From Treponemataceae bacterium (GTDB taxonomy: Bacteria; Spirochaetota; Spirochaetia; Treponematales; Rectinemataceae), in NCBI GenBank assembly GCA_963677895.2, contig CAXXGJ010000009.1, positions 1 through 11,545 of the forward strand: a DNA stretch of 11,545 bases, read 5' to 3'. Shown piece after piece: positions 1-6,780 of the stretch (position 1 is the first letter of the stretch; every line of letters begins with the position of its first letter). Under the pieces are notes generated by a model, which had not been told where the DNA came from, made no database searches, and was given only the letters and a program-made list of their open reading frames with translations. Position numbers and translations under genes: made by a program.

Positions 1-1
1 G

Positions 2-271
2 CAGAACATGGGCACCTCGTACCACTGCGAATTCATCCTTCCTTACGACGGCGCCAGCGCCGCGGAAACCGCCAGGGCGAAAAAGCTCTTCGTCCAGGCC
101 AGCGAGACCTTCGCGGGAATGGGGGCTTACTACCTGAGGCCGCACGGCATCTGGTCGCGCCTCCAGCTCAACAAGGACGCGCAGTCGACGATGATCCTTC
201 AGAGGCTGAAGGGGATCTTCGATCCCAAAAACATCATGAACACCGGCAAGCTCGGTTTACAGGGGGAGTGA
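2..271 (+). CDS. C-terminal part (5'-truncated by window edge) of an FAD-linked oxidoreductase, FAD-oxidase_C / GlcD-VAO fold
   Basis: The frame is open from base 2 (CAG AAC ATG...). It ends in the typical C-terminal signature of this family, 'QRLKGIFDPKNIMNTGKL'. Stop TGA at 269-271 is followed 1 nt later by the next ATG. Confidence 0.85.
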   Translation, partial: QNMGTSYHCEFILPYDGASAAETARAKKLFVQASETFAGMGAYYLRPHGIWSRLQLNKDAQSTMILQRLKGIFDPKNIMNTGKLGLQGE

Positions 272-272
272 T

Positions 273-1547
273 ATGGCACTGAACGATTTCAGGCCGATGG
301 AGGAACGCTGCAGCAACTGTCTCGGCTGCAAGTGGATTCCCTTCGACAAGATTAAAAGCCAGCGATATGGCGAAAACTGCCCCAGCATCTCCTGGGGGAA
401 CTTCAATACCTATTCGGCCCGCGGCCGCTTCGAGCTGGGTCTCGCCCTTCTCACCAAGGACGCCGAACTTTCCCAGGCGACGACGGACATCATCCACGCC
501 TGCACCTCCTGCGGCTCCTGCGACGTGGCCTGCAAGGTGTCCAGATACAACCTCGAGCCCCTGGACCACAACATCGAGCTCAAAGCCTATGCTATCGAGC
601 AGGGCAAGCTCCTCCCAGGCCAGGCCGAGATCATCGAGTCCCTCAAAAAGGAAAAGACGATGATCAGGGGCAAAAAGAAGGCCGCGCGGGGCGCCTGGGC
701 CGAAGGACTCGGCCTCAAGGACCTGACGAAAGAAAAGGCGGACGTGCTCTTCTTCCCGGGCTGCAAGTCCAGCTACGACGAAAAATTCGTGAAGAACGCC
801 CGAGCCTCCGTCCGCATCCTGAAGAAGGCCGGCGTGGACCTGGGATATCTCGGCGCCGCCGACATGTGCTGCGCGGGCAGGGCTCTCCAGATGGGCTTCA
901 AAGATGCCTTCAACGCGAGCGCGGCCGCCAACATCAAGGCGATCGAAGCCTCGGGCGCCAAGATCATCGTCACCCCCTGCTCCGACTGCTATCACGCGCT
1001 CAAGCGCCAGTATCCCAAGCTGGGGCTCAAGGTCGAGGTCATCCATGTGGTGGAATACCTGGACAGGCTCATAAAGGAAGGAAAACTCACCTTCACGAAA
1101 AAAGTTCCCATGAAGGTTACCTACCACGATCCCTGCCACCTCGGCCGCCTCGGTGAGCCCTTCGTCGCCTGGGAAGGCAAAGAGAAAAAGATCTTCAACC
1201 AGATCCACACCTGGGAACCGCGCAGGCCCCGCTTCAACGGCGCTTACGGCATCTACGACGCCCCGCGCGACGTCATCGCAAGCATTCCGGGCGTCGAGCT
1301 CGTGGAAATGGAGAGGATCAGGGAATATTCCTGGTGCTGCGGAGCGGGAAGCGTCTGCAACGAGACGAATCCGGAATTTTCCGCGTGGACGGCGGCCGAG
1401 CGCGTCACCGAGGCGAACTCGACCGGCGCCGGCGCCCTCGTGACCGCCTGCCCCTGGTGCGAATCGAACTTCCGCGGCACCAAGGATGAGAACGGAAGGA
1501 CGATAGAAGTGCTCGACATCGTCGAGCTCGTCGAAATGGCCCTGTAA
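273..1547 (+). CDS. Fe-S oxidoreductase subunit (GlcF/GlpC/HdrD-like): N-terminal ferredoxin-type Cys motifs plus two CCG domains
   Basis: Motifs CSNCLGC...CP and CTSCGSCDVAC. CCG domain 1: FPGC...CCAG...TPCSDC. CCG domain 2: YHDPCHLGR...CCGAG...TACPWC. RBS GGGGAG lies just upstream of ATG 273. Confidence 0.92.
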   Translation: MALNDFRPMEERCSNCLGCKWIPFDKIKSQRYGENCPSISWGNFNTYSARGRFELGLALLTKDAELSQATTDIIHACTSCGSCDVACKVSRYNLEPLDHNIELKAYAIEQGKLLPGQAEIIESLKKEKTMIRGKKKAARGAWAEGLGLKDLTKEKADVLFFPGCKSSYDEKFVKNARASVRILKKAGVDLGYLGAADMCCAGRALQMGFKDAFNASAAANIKAIEASGAKIIVTPCSDCYHALKRQYPKLGLKVEVIHVVEYLDRLIKEGKLTFTKKVPMKVTYHDPCHLGRLGEPFVAWEGKEKKIFNQIHTWEPRRPRFNGAYGIYDAPRDVIASIPGVELVEMERIREYSWCCGAGSVCNETNPEFSAWTAAERVTEANSTGAGALVTACPWCESNFRGTKDENGRTIEVLDIVELVEMAL

Positions 1548-1559
1548 GGAAGGATGCAA

Positions 1560-3245
1560 ATGGCTCTTTCAAAAGAAATATTCGAGGCGCTTGAGACTAT
1601 AGTCGGCGCCAGGAACATCTCCCGGGACAAGGGAGTGCTCGAAACCTACCGCTGTATCGCCTCGCAGTCTTCGGCGCACTATGGCCCCTACGACCATAAG
1701 ACCCCCCTCCCCCAGGCAGTCCTCCTGCCGGGAACCACGGCCGAGGTCCAGAAGATCGTACGCCTCTGCAACAAGTACAACATCAAGTTCAAGGCTTCCT
1801 CCACCTTCTGGTCGGCGATGGGCTTCATCGACTCCGACTACGCCATCCAGCTCGACATGAGAAGGATGAGGAAGATCGAGATCGACGACAGGAACATGTT
1901 CGCCGTCGTCGAACCCTACGCCATCGGCGCCGTGGTCCAGGCCGAGGCGATGAAAGTCGGCCTCACCCTCAACGTCCCCGGCGTCGGCTGCTCCTCCTCT
2001 CCCCTCGCGAGCACGGCCGGCTGGGTGGGCTTCGGCCCGACCTCCATCTCCATGGGTTGCGCCAGCGAGAACATGCTCGGCGCCGAATGGGTTCTTCCCG
2101 ACGGCGAAGTCCTGAGGACGGGTTCGCTCGGCTCAGGCGCCGGCTGGTTCTGCGGCGAAGGCCCGGGCCCGAGCACGCGCGGAATCCTGCGCGGCTTCCA
2201 GGGCAGCACGGGCTCCCTCGGCGTCTGCACAAGGATGGCGATCCGCCTCCATCCCTGGCCGGGCCCCACTTCCCTTCCGTCAAGGGGTACGGTTCCCGCC
2301 TACAAGGCCGACCTCCCCGAGAACTTCAAGGCCTACACTATCTGCTTCAAAACCTGGGACGACTATGCCACGGGCATCATCCTCCTCCACGAGAACGACG
2401 TCCTCTTCCTCGGGCACAGGCAGTTCAACATGTTCGGTCGCAACCTCAAGACGGCCATGCTCAAGATCATCACCAATCCTGACGCGCAGCTGGGGGACCT
2501 GCCTGAACTCCTGAAAGACCCCGAACTCCAGAAGGTCAACGAAGACATGAAGATCGAGATCCAGGTCATCCTCGCGGGAACCTCGAAGCGGGACATGGAG
2601 TACAAGGAAGCGGCCCTCGACAAGGTACTCGAAATCTCGGGCGGATGGAAAAATAAGTTCATGATGGAGAAGGAGATGATGGATTACGTCCTCCTCTATC
2701 TCATCAGGCTGGGACACAAGAATCTCAACTACGTGATGTGCGGAGCCTACGAGGGCAACTTCGGCCTCTCGGGCAACCTCTTCGTGAGCTCGAAGCTCAT
2801 GGAGGAAGCCTCCGCCCTCAAGCGCAAGTGGGAAGTGGAAACGCCCTATATCGCGGCCACCGGCGGCGACTCAGACATGGGATCGGTCTCCATCGTCGGC
2901 GGCGGCGGCGTGACCGGCTGGGAATTCTTCGTCAACTTCGACGCCTACGACAAGGCATCCATCAAGGGCACGGCGGATTTCTTCAACGACACCCAACGCT
3001 GGATGACGGAAAAGAAGCTCGGCGTCGACATGGGGCACTGGAACCAGGACCTCAGGCGACCCGACGGCTACGGCTTCAGCCAGGAAGAGCATGACGCGAT
3101 GTACATAAAGCTGGCCCAGCCCCTCGTCACCGCCTACCAGTACAAGGTGCGCGAGGCGATAAATCCCAAGCATCTCTGCGGCAGCTACTACAGAACCTTG
3201 AGCCCGGAAAAGCTCGCGAGCGCCGGCAAGCCCGGCTCGGCCTAG
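1560..3245 (+). CDS. FAD-binding oxidoreductase (FAD_binding_4, VAO/PCMH/GlcD superfamily), substrate unknown
   Basis: PQAVLLPGTTAEVQKIVRLCN, LDMRRMRKIEID...AVVEP, EWVLPDGEVLRTG and GSTGSLGVCTRMAIRL are FAD_binding_4 hallmarks. ATG 1560 is preferred over 1554 because AAGGAAGG (1546-1553) is correctly spaced for it. Confidence 0.88.
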   Translation: MALSKEIFEALETIVGARNISRDKGVLETYRCIASQSSAHYGPYDHKTPLPQAVLLPGTTAEVQKIVRLCNKYNIKFKASSTFWSAMGFIDSDYAIQLDMRRMRKIEIDDRNMFAVVEPYAIGAVVQAEAMKVGLTLNVPGVGCSSSPLASTAGWVGFGPTSISMGCASENMLGAEWVLPDGEVLRTGSLGSGAGWFCGEGPGPSTRGILRGFQGSTGSLGVCTRMAIRLHPWPGPTSLPSRGTVPAYKADLPENFKAYTICFKTWDDYATGIILLHENDVLFLGHRQFNMFGRNLKTAMLKIITNPDAQLGDLPELLKDPELQKVNEDMKIEIQVILAGTSKRDMEYKEAALDKVLEISGGWKNKFMMEKEMMDYVLLYLIRLGHKNLNYVMCGAYEGNFGLSGNLFVSSKLMEEASALKRKWEVETPYIAATGGDSDMGSVSIVGGGGVTGWEFFVNFDAYDKASIKGTADFFNDTQRWMTEKKLGVDMGHWNQDLRRPDGYGFSQEEHDAMYIKLAQPLVTAYQYKVREAINPKHLCGSYYRTLSPEKLASAGKPGSA

Positions 3246-3257
3246 GAGAAGACGAAT

Positions 3258-4643
3258 ATGTCAGATGAAATCAAGAATCTTGTGGATAGGGCACGCGCCG
3301 CCCAGGAGAAGATAGAATTCTGGTCCCAGGAAAGGGTGGACGAGATGGTGGCGGCGGTGGGCTGGGAAGTGTACCAGCTCGAGCACGCGAAAGCCTGCGC
3401 CCGCCTCGCGGCCGACGAAACGGAGATGGGCGTCTACGAAGACAAGCTGGGAAAGCATCAGAAGAAAACCCTAGGCACGCTCCGGGACCTCTGCGGGCTC
3501 AAGACCGTAGGCGTCATCGAGGAGAACAAAGAGAAGGGCCTCCTCAAGATCGCCAAGCCCATAGGTGTGATCGGGGCCCTCACCCCAGTGACGAACGCGA
3601 CCTCGACGATAGCCTGCAACGGCCTGCCTATATTGAAGTGCCGGAACGCGGTGATCTTCGCGCCCCATCCCAAGGCGAAGAAATCCTGCGAACTGACGGC
3701 GAACTACATGCGCGAAGGCTTGAGAAAGGTTGGGGCACCGGAAGACCTGGTGCTCAATATCAAGGAACCGACGATCGAGCTTTCGCAGGAACTTATGCGG
3801 AGCGTTGACCTCGTGATAGCGACGGGGGGCGGGCCCCTGGTGAAGGTAGCCTACTCCTCGGGCAAACCGGCCTACGGCGTAGGCGCCGGCAACTCCACCG
3901 TGGTGGTGGACGAGACGGCCAACCTTCTGGACGCGGCCACCAAGATCAGGAACGGGAAAATCTTCGACAACGCCACCTCCTGCTCCTCGGAAAACTCGGT
4001 GATCCTGCAGTCGTCGATCTACGACACGATGATGAAGCACTTCCAGGAGCTCGGAGGACACCTCTGCAGTCCCGAGGAAAAGGAGCGGCTCCGCTTGCTT
4101 ATGTGGCCCGATGGTCTGCACATGGGCAGGGATCACGTGGGCCAGCACGCGCAGAAGATCGCCGCCCTCGCGAAGATCGCGGTGAAGCCTGATGTGAGCT
4201 TCCTCATGGTGCTGGGCGAGGCGGTAGGCACCGCCGACATGTTCTCGGGCGAGAAGCTCTCGCCGGTGCTCACGGTGTGGAAATATGATGAATTCGAGGA
4301 GGCGATCTGCCTGGTGCGCGACATAACCCGGTATTCAGGCTATGGCCACTCCTGCGGAATCCACACGACGAACGACGCCCACATGGTGGAACTCGCCACA
4401 AGGGCGCGGGTAAGCCGCGTCATGGTCCGCCAGACCCAGCCCTTCGGCAACTCGGGCAACTACGACAACGGAATGCCCTTCGGCCTCACTCTCGGCTGCG
4501 GCACCTGGGGCGGCAACATCGTGAACGAGAACGTGCACTGGAAGCACTTCCTGAACACGACCTGGGTTTCGATGCCGATTCCGCCAGTAGTCCCGGACGA
4601 GAACAAGATTTTCGGAGCGCATTGGGAAAAGTACGGCAGGTAG
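3258..4643 (+). CDS. CoA-acylating aldehyde dehydrogenase, SauS (sulfoacetaldehyde dehydrogenase)-like subfamily
   Basis: Motifs KPIGVIGALTPVTN, ATGG, AYSSGKPAYGVGAGN, catalytic FDNATSCSSEN, FSGEKLSPVL and LGCGTWGGN. The FDNATSCSSEN and KKTLGxLRDL segments match what I recall of SauS-type enzymes. RBS AGGAG at 3244-3248. Substrate is not proven. Confidence 0.88.
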   Translation: MSDEIKNLVDRARAAQEKIEFWSQERVDEMVAAVGWEVYQLEHAKACARLAADETEMGVYEDKLGKHQKKTLGTLRDLCGLKTVGVIEENKEKGLLKIAKPIGVIGALTPVTNATSTIACNGLPILKCRNAVIFAPHPKAKKSCELTANYMREGLRKVGAPEDLVLNIKEPTIELSQELMRSVDLVIATGGGPLVKVAYSSGKPAYGVGAGNSTVVVDETANLLDAATKIRNGKIFDNATSCSSENSVILQSSIYDTMMKHFQELGGHLCSPEEKERLRLLMWPDGLHMGRDHVGQHAQKIAALAKIAVKPDVSFLMVLGEAVGTADMFSGEKLSPVLTVWKYDEFEEAICLVRDITRYSGYGHSCGIHTTNDAHMVELATRARVSRVMVRQTQPFGNSGNYDNGMPFGLTLGCGTWGGNIVNENVHWKHFLNTTWVSMPIPPVVPDENKIFGAHWEKYGR

Positions 4644-4668
4644 AAAGCCCTGGGATTTTCGCTAAGGT

Positions 4669-4702
4669 AAAAAATCCGCGCCCAGAAGGTGCGGATTTTT
4701 TT
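4669..4702. terminator. Bidirectional intrinsic terminator
   Basis: AAAAAA-TCCGCGCC-CAGAA-GGTGCGGA-TTTTTTT: an 8-bp GC-rich stem (one G-U on +) flanked by A and T tracts. It lies 25 nt after the ALDH stop and 14 nt after the original toxin stop (4717-4719, minus strand). Confidence 0.88.
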
Positions 4703-4719
4703 GGTTGAAGCAGTTGTCA

Positions 4720-4727
4720 GAAATCTT
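4720..4727. repeat. Target-site duplication, left copy (GAAATCTT)
   Basis: Identical to 6808-6815 and immediately outside IRL. 8 bp is the canonical IS66 TSD length. Confidence 0.95.
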
Positions 4728-4748
4728 GTAAGCGTCCAATTCTCCCCA
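4728..4748 (+). repeat. IS66 left terminal inverted repeat
   Basis: GTAAGCGTCCAATTCTCCCCA is the exact reverse complement of 6787-6807. The match continues imperfectly (TGAC) to 28 bp. Confidence 0.96.
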
Positions 4749-4750
4749 AG

Positions 4751-4778
4751 CTGACAGCATAGGAAATTCGATTATCCT
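4751..4778 (+). promoter_or_regulatory. Putative sigma70 promoter for tnpB
   Basis: CTGACA(4751-4756)-N16-TATCCT(4773-4778), followed by RBS GAGGAGG (4787-4793) and ATG 4802. Confidence 0.45.
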
Positions 4779-4801
4779 TCCTGCAAGAGGAGGGATCATC
4801 G

Positions 4802-5146
4802 ATGTACTTAAGAAAAGATCGAACCATTTATATCGTTACCGGAATCACTGACATGCGAAAGCAAATCAACGGGCTTTCGGCGCTGGCGCAAGACAAGCAA
4901 CCTGAAAAGATCTTCTCGGGTAGCTATTTCGTGTTCCTCGGGAAGACAAGAAAAGTCATGAAGATCCTCTACTGGGACAAGAGCGGCTTCTGCATGTGGA
5001 TCAAACGGCTCGAAGAAGAAACCTTTCCGTGGACAAGAAAACAGAAAGGCGTGATTGAAATCGAGCATGACAAATTCAAGCTCCTGGTGCGGGGAATTGA
5101 TATATTCCAGGAGCATCGAAAGCTTGAATATTCAGCGGTAGCATAA
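4802..5146 (+). CDS. tnpB: IS66 accessory protein TnpB (Orf2)
   Basis: 114 aa with TDMRKQINGLS and KILYWDKSGFCMWIKRLEEETFPW, both characteristic of IS66 TnpB. Strong RBS. Confidence 0.95.
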   Translation: MYLRKDRTIYIVTGITDMRKQINGLSALAQDKQPEKIFSGSYFVFLGKTRKVMKILYWDKSGFCMWIKRLEEETFPWTRKQKGVIEIEHDKFKLLVRGIDIFQEHRKLEYSAVA

Positions 5147-5176
5147 GCGATTATAGGCTGCAAACAGGGCATTTCA

Positions 5177-5185
5177 TGCTATACT
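5177..5185 (+). promoter_or_regulatory. Putative extended -10 promoter (TGnTATACT) directly upstream of tnpC
   Basis: TGCTATACT at 5177-5185, 7 nt before ATG 5193. No Shine-Dalgarno sequence lies in between. Confidence 0.45.
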
Positions 5186-5192
5186 GTCCTGC

Positions 5193-6773
5193 ATGGTGAG
5201 CTTGCTTGAAAACCTTCCTGACGACGTGGCCAGCCTCAAAAAACTGGTCAAAGAAATGGCGACCGAACATGCCAAGGAAGTACAGGCACTGCAGAATAAG
5301 CTCACCATTGAAGAGGAAAAATACGCTGCGCTGCAGCGACTGATATTTGGCCCTAAAAGCGAAAAGCACCAGAAAGAGAATCCCAAGCAGGATCTCCTTT
5401 TCAACGAAGCCGAAACCTTCTTCGATGTTCCCGACCGAAAGCCTGTCACGATAACGGTCGGCCAGCATGAACGCAAGAAGGCGGGAAGAAAGCCTTTTCC
5501 GGACAATCTCGAGCGCAACGAAATCGTCCATGCCTTGAGCGATGAAGAGCGAGCCTGCCCTTCCTGTGGCGCCTTGCGGCCGGAAATCGGCGAAGAGCGC
5601 AAGGAAGAACTCAGGCTCATTCCCGCCAAGGCAGTGATCGACGTCCACGTCATGAAGAAGTATGGGCCTTGCCCCTGTAAAGAGTGCCAGGGCACCGAAA
5701 CAGCGCCGATTATTCAAGCGCCGGGGAACGCGAAGATCGTCCCTGGTTCCAGATTCTCGAATGGAACGATCGCCTTCTTCCTTACGAGCAAGTTCGTTGA
5801 TGCGCAGCCCTTCTACCGCATGGAAGGGATTCTTTCGCGCTGGGGCGTGAATACTGGGCGTTCAACCTTGTGTTCGCTTGCCATGAATACCGGGCGCGCG
5901 GTGGGTGATCTGGTGCAGGCGATTCGCGACGATCTAAAGACGTCGCCCGTGATCGGGATGGATGAAACGCCGGTACAGGTCCTGCACGAAAAGAATCGAA
6001 GCGCCACGGCAAAGTCGTATATGTGGGTTACTTGCGGATTCAGGGAAGGAAAGAAGCTTCTCTTCTTCCACTACCACCCGACACGATCGGGAAGCGTTGC
6101 ACTTGAGTTCTTAAAAGGCTACTCAGGCTATCTTCAAACCGATGGCTATTCAGGCTATTCGCAGGTAGGAGAAGCTCCAGGGATTACCCATGTGGGCTGC
6201 ATGGCACATATCCGAAGGAAGTTCTTCGACGCGGACAAGGTTTCTGGCGGCACAGGGGACGCTGCCGAGTTCCTTTCGATGATTTCTGCTCTCTACCATA
6301 CCGAGACGCTCCTACGGCAACGGTATGAAAACAAAGAACACGATGAAGGTTCATTTATTGCTGAACGAAAACGGCTTCAAGAACCACAGCTTGCGGCAAT
6401 GCATGAATGGCTTACCATTCGAAGCCAGAGCGTGACGCCCTCGAGTGGTCTTGGGAAAGCGGTTTCCTATGCCTTAGGGCAATGGCACCTGGTTGTGCGC
6501 TATCTTGAGCATGCGCTTTTGACGCCTGACAACAATGCGGTCGAGAATGCGATTCGGCCCTTTGTGCTGGGCCGAAAGAATTGGCTCTTTTCAAACACTC
6601 CTGCGGGGGCGCACACGAGCGCTGGTCTTTACAGCCTCATTGAAACGGCAAAGGCCAATGGCCACGAGCCCTATAAATATCTTTGCTACTTGTTTGAAAT
6701 GCTTCCGAAAGCAACGACGCTTGAAGAGAAGCTTTCGCTGCTTCCATACCGGCTTGATCCTTCGGCTTACTAG
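5193..6773 (+). CDS. tnpC: IS66 DDE transposase TnpC
   Basis: N-terminal coiled coil ending FGPKSEK, zinc-finger CPSCG...CPCKEC, catalytic motifs GMDETPV, LQTDGYSGY and DNNAVENAIRP, and C-terminal LGRKNWLF...SLIETAKANGHEPYKYL...LLPY. The ORF is intact at 526 aa. Confidence 0.97.
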   Translation: MVSLLENLPDDVASLKKLVKEMATEHAKEVQALQNKLTIEEEKYAALQRLIFGPKSEKHQKENPKQDLLFNEAETFFDVPDRKPVTITVGQHERKKAGRKPFPDNLERNEIVHALSDEERACPSCGALRPEIGEERKEELRLIPAKAVIDVHVMKKYGPCPCKECQGTETAPIIQAPGNAKIVPGSRFSNGTIAFFLTSKFVDAQPFYRMEGILSRWGVNTGRSTLCSLAMNTGRAVGDLVQAIRDDLKTSPVIGMDETPVQVLHEKNRSATAKSYMWVTCGFREGKKLLFFHYHPTRSGSVALEFLKGYSGYLQTDGYSGYSQVGEAPGITHVGCMAHIRRKFFDADKVSGGTGDAAEFLSMISALYHTETLLRQRYENKEHDEGSFIAERKRLQEPQLAAMHEWLTIRSQSVTPSSGLGKAVSYALGQWHLVVRYLEHALLTPDNNAVENAIRPFVLGRKNWLFSNTPAGAHTSAGLYSLIETAKANGHEPYKYLCYLFEMLPKATTLEEKLSLLPYRLDPSAY

Positions 6774-6780
6774 ATACTGG

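Noticed and set aside
234..1559. Long antisense or alternate-frame ORFs (e.g. 234-1559 -, 3471-4148 -, 8329-9543 -, 8835-9884 +, 10250-10930 +)
   Set aside because: These are shadow ORFs expected from high-GC codon bias over real genes, and they have no recognisable motifs.
1534..1568. Repeated ATGGCnCT / 'MAL' at the start and end of the Fe-S gene and the start of the flavoprotein gene
   Set aside because: The match is very short and there is no larger duplicated context, so it is consistent with chance.
3243..3260. The flavoprotein TAG stop is in frame with the ALDH ATG (TAG GAG AAG ACG AAT ATG), and the Fe-S gene is in the same frame too, suggesting amber read-through or a pyrrolysine fusion
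   Set aside because: Each downstream gene has its own well-spaced RBS and complete domain boundaries. In-frame spacing occurs by chance one time in three per junction, and no pyl genes are visible.
4700..4727. TA module as an integron gene cassette (attC after the toxin stop)
   Set aside because: No RYYYAAC...GTTRRRY pairing or attC-like long imperfect palindrome is present. The nearby hairpin is an ordinary terminator.
4802..5146. 'TnpB' as an RNA-guided nuclease (IS200/IS605 TnpB)
   Set aside because: This is the unrelated 114-aa IS66 accessory protein. It has no RuvC or zinc-ribbon motifs and there is no space for an omega-RNA.
6765..6770. Internal GCTTAC resembling a second IS right end
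   Set aside because: Only 6 bp match. It encodes the last tnpC codons, and the true end at 6807 is defined by the full IR and the TSD.
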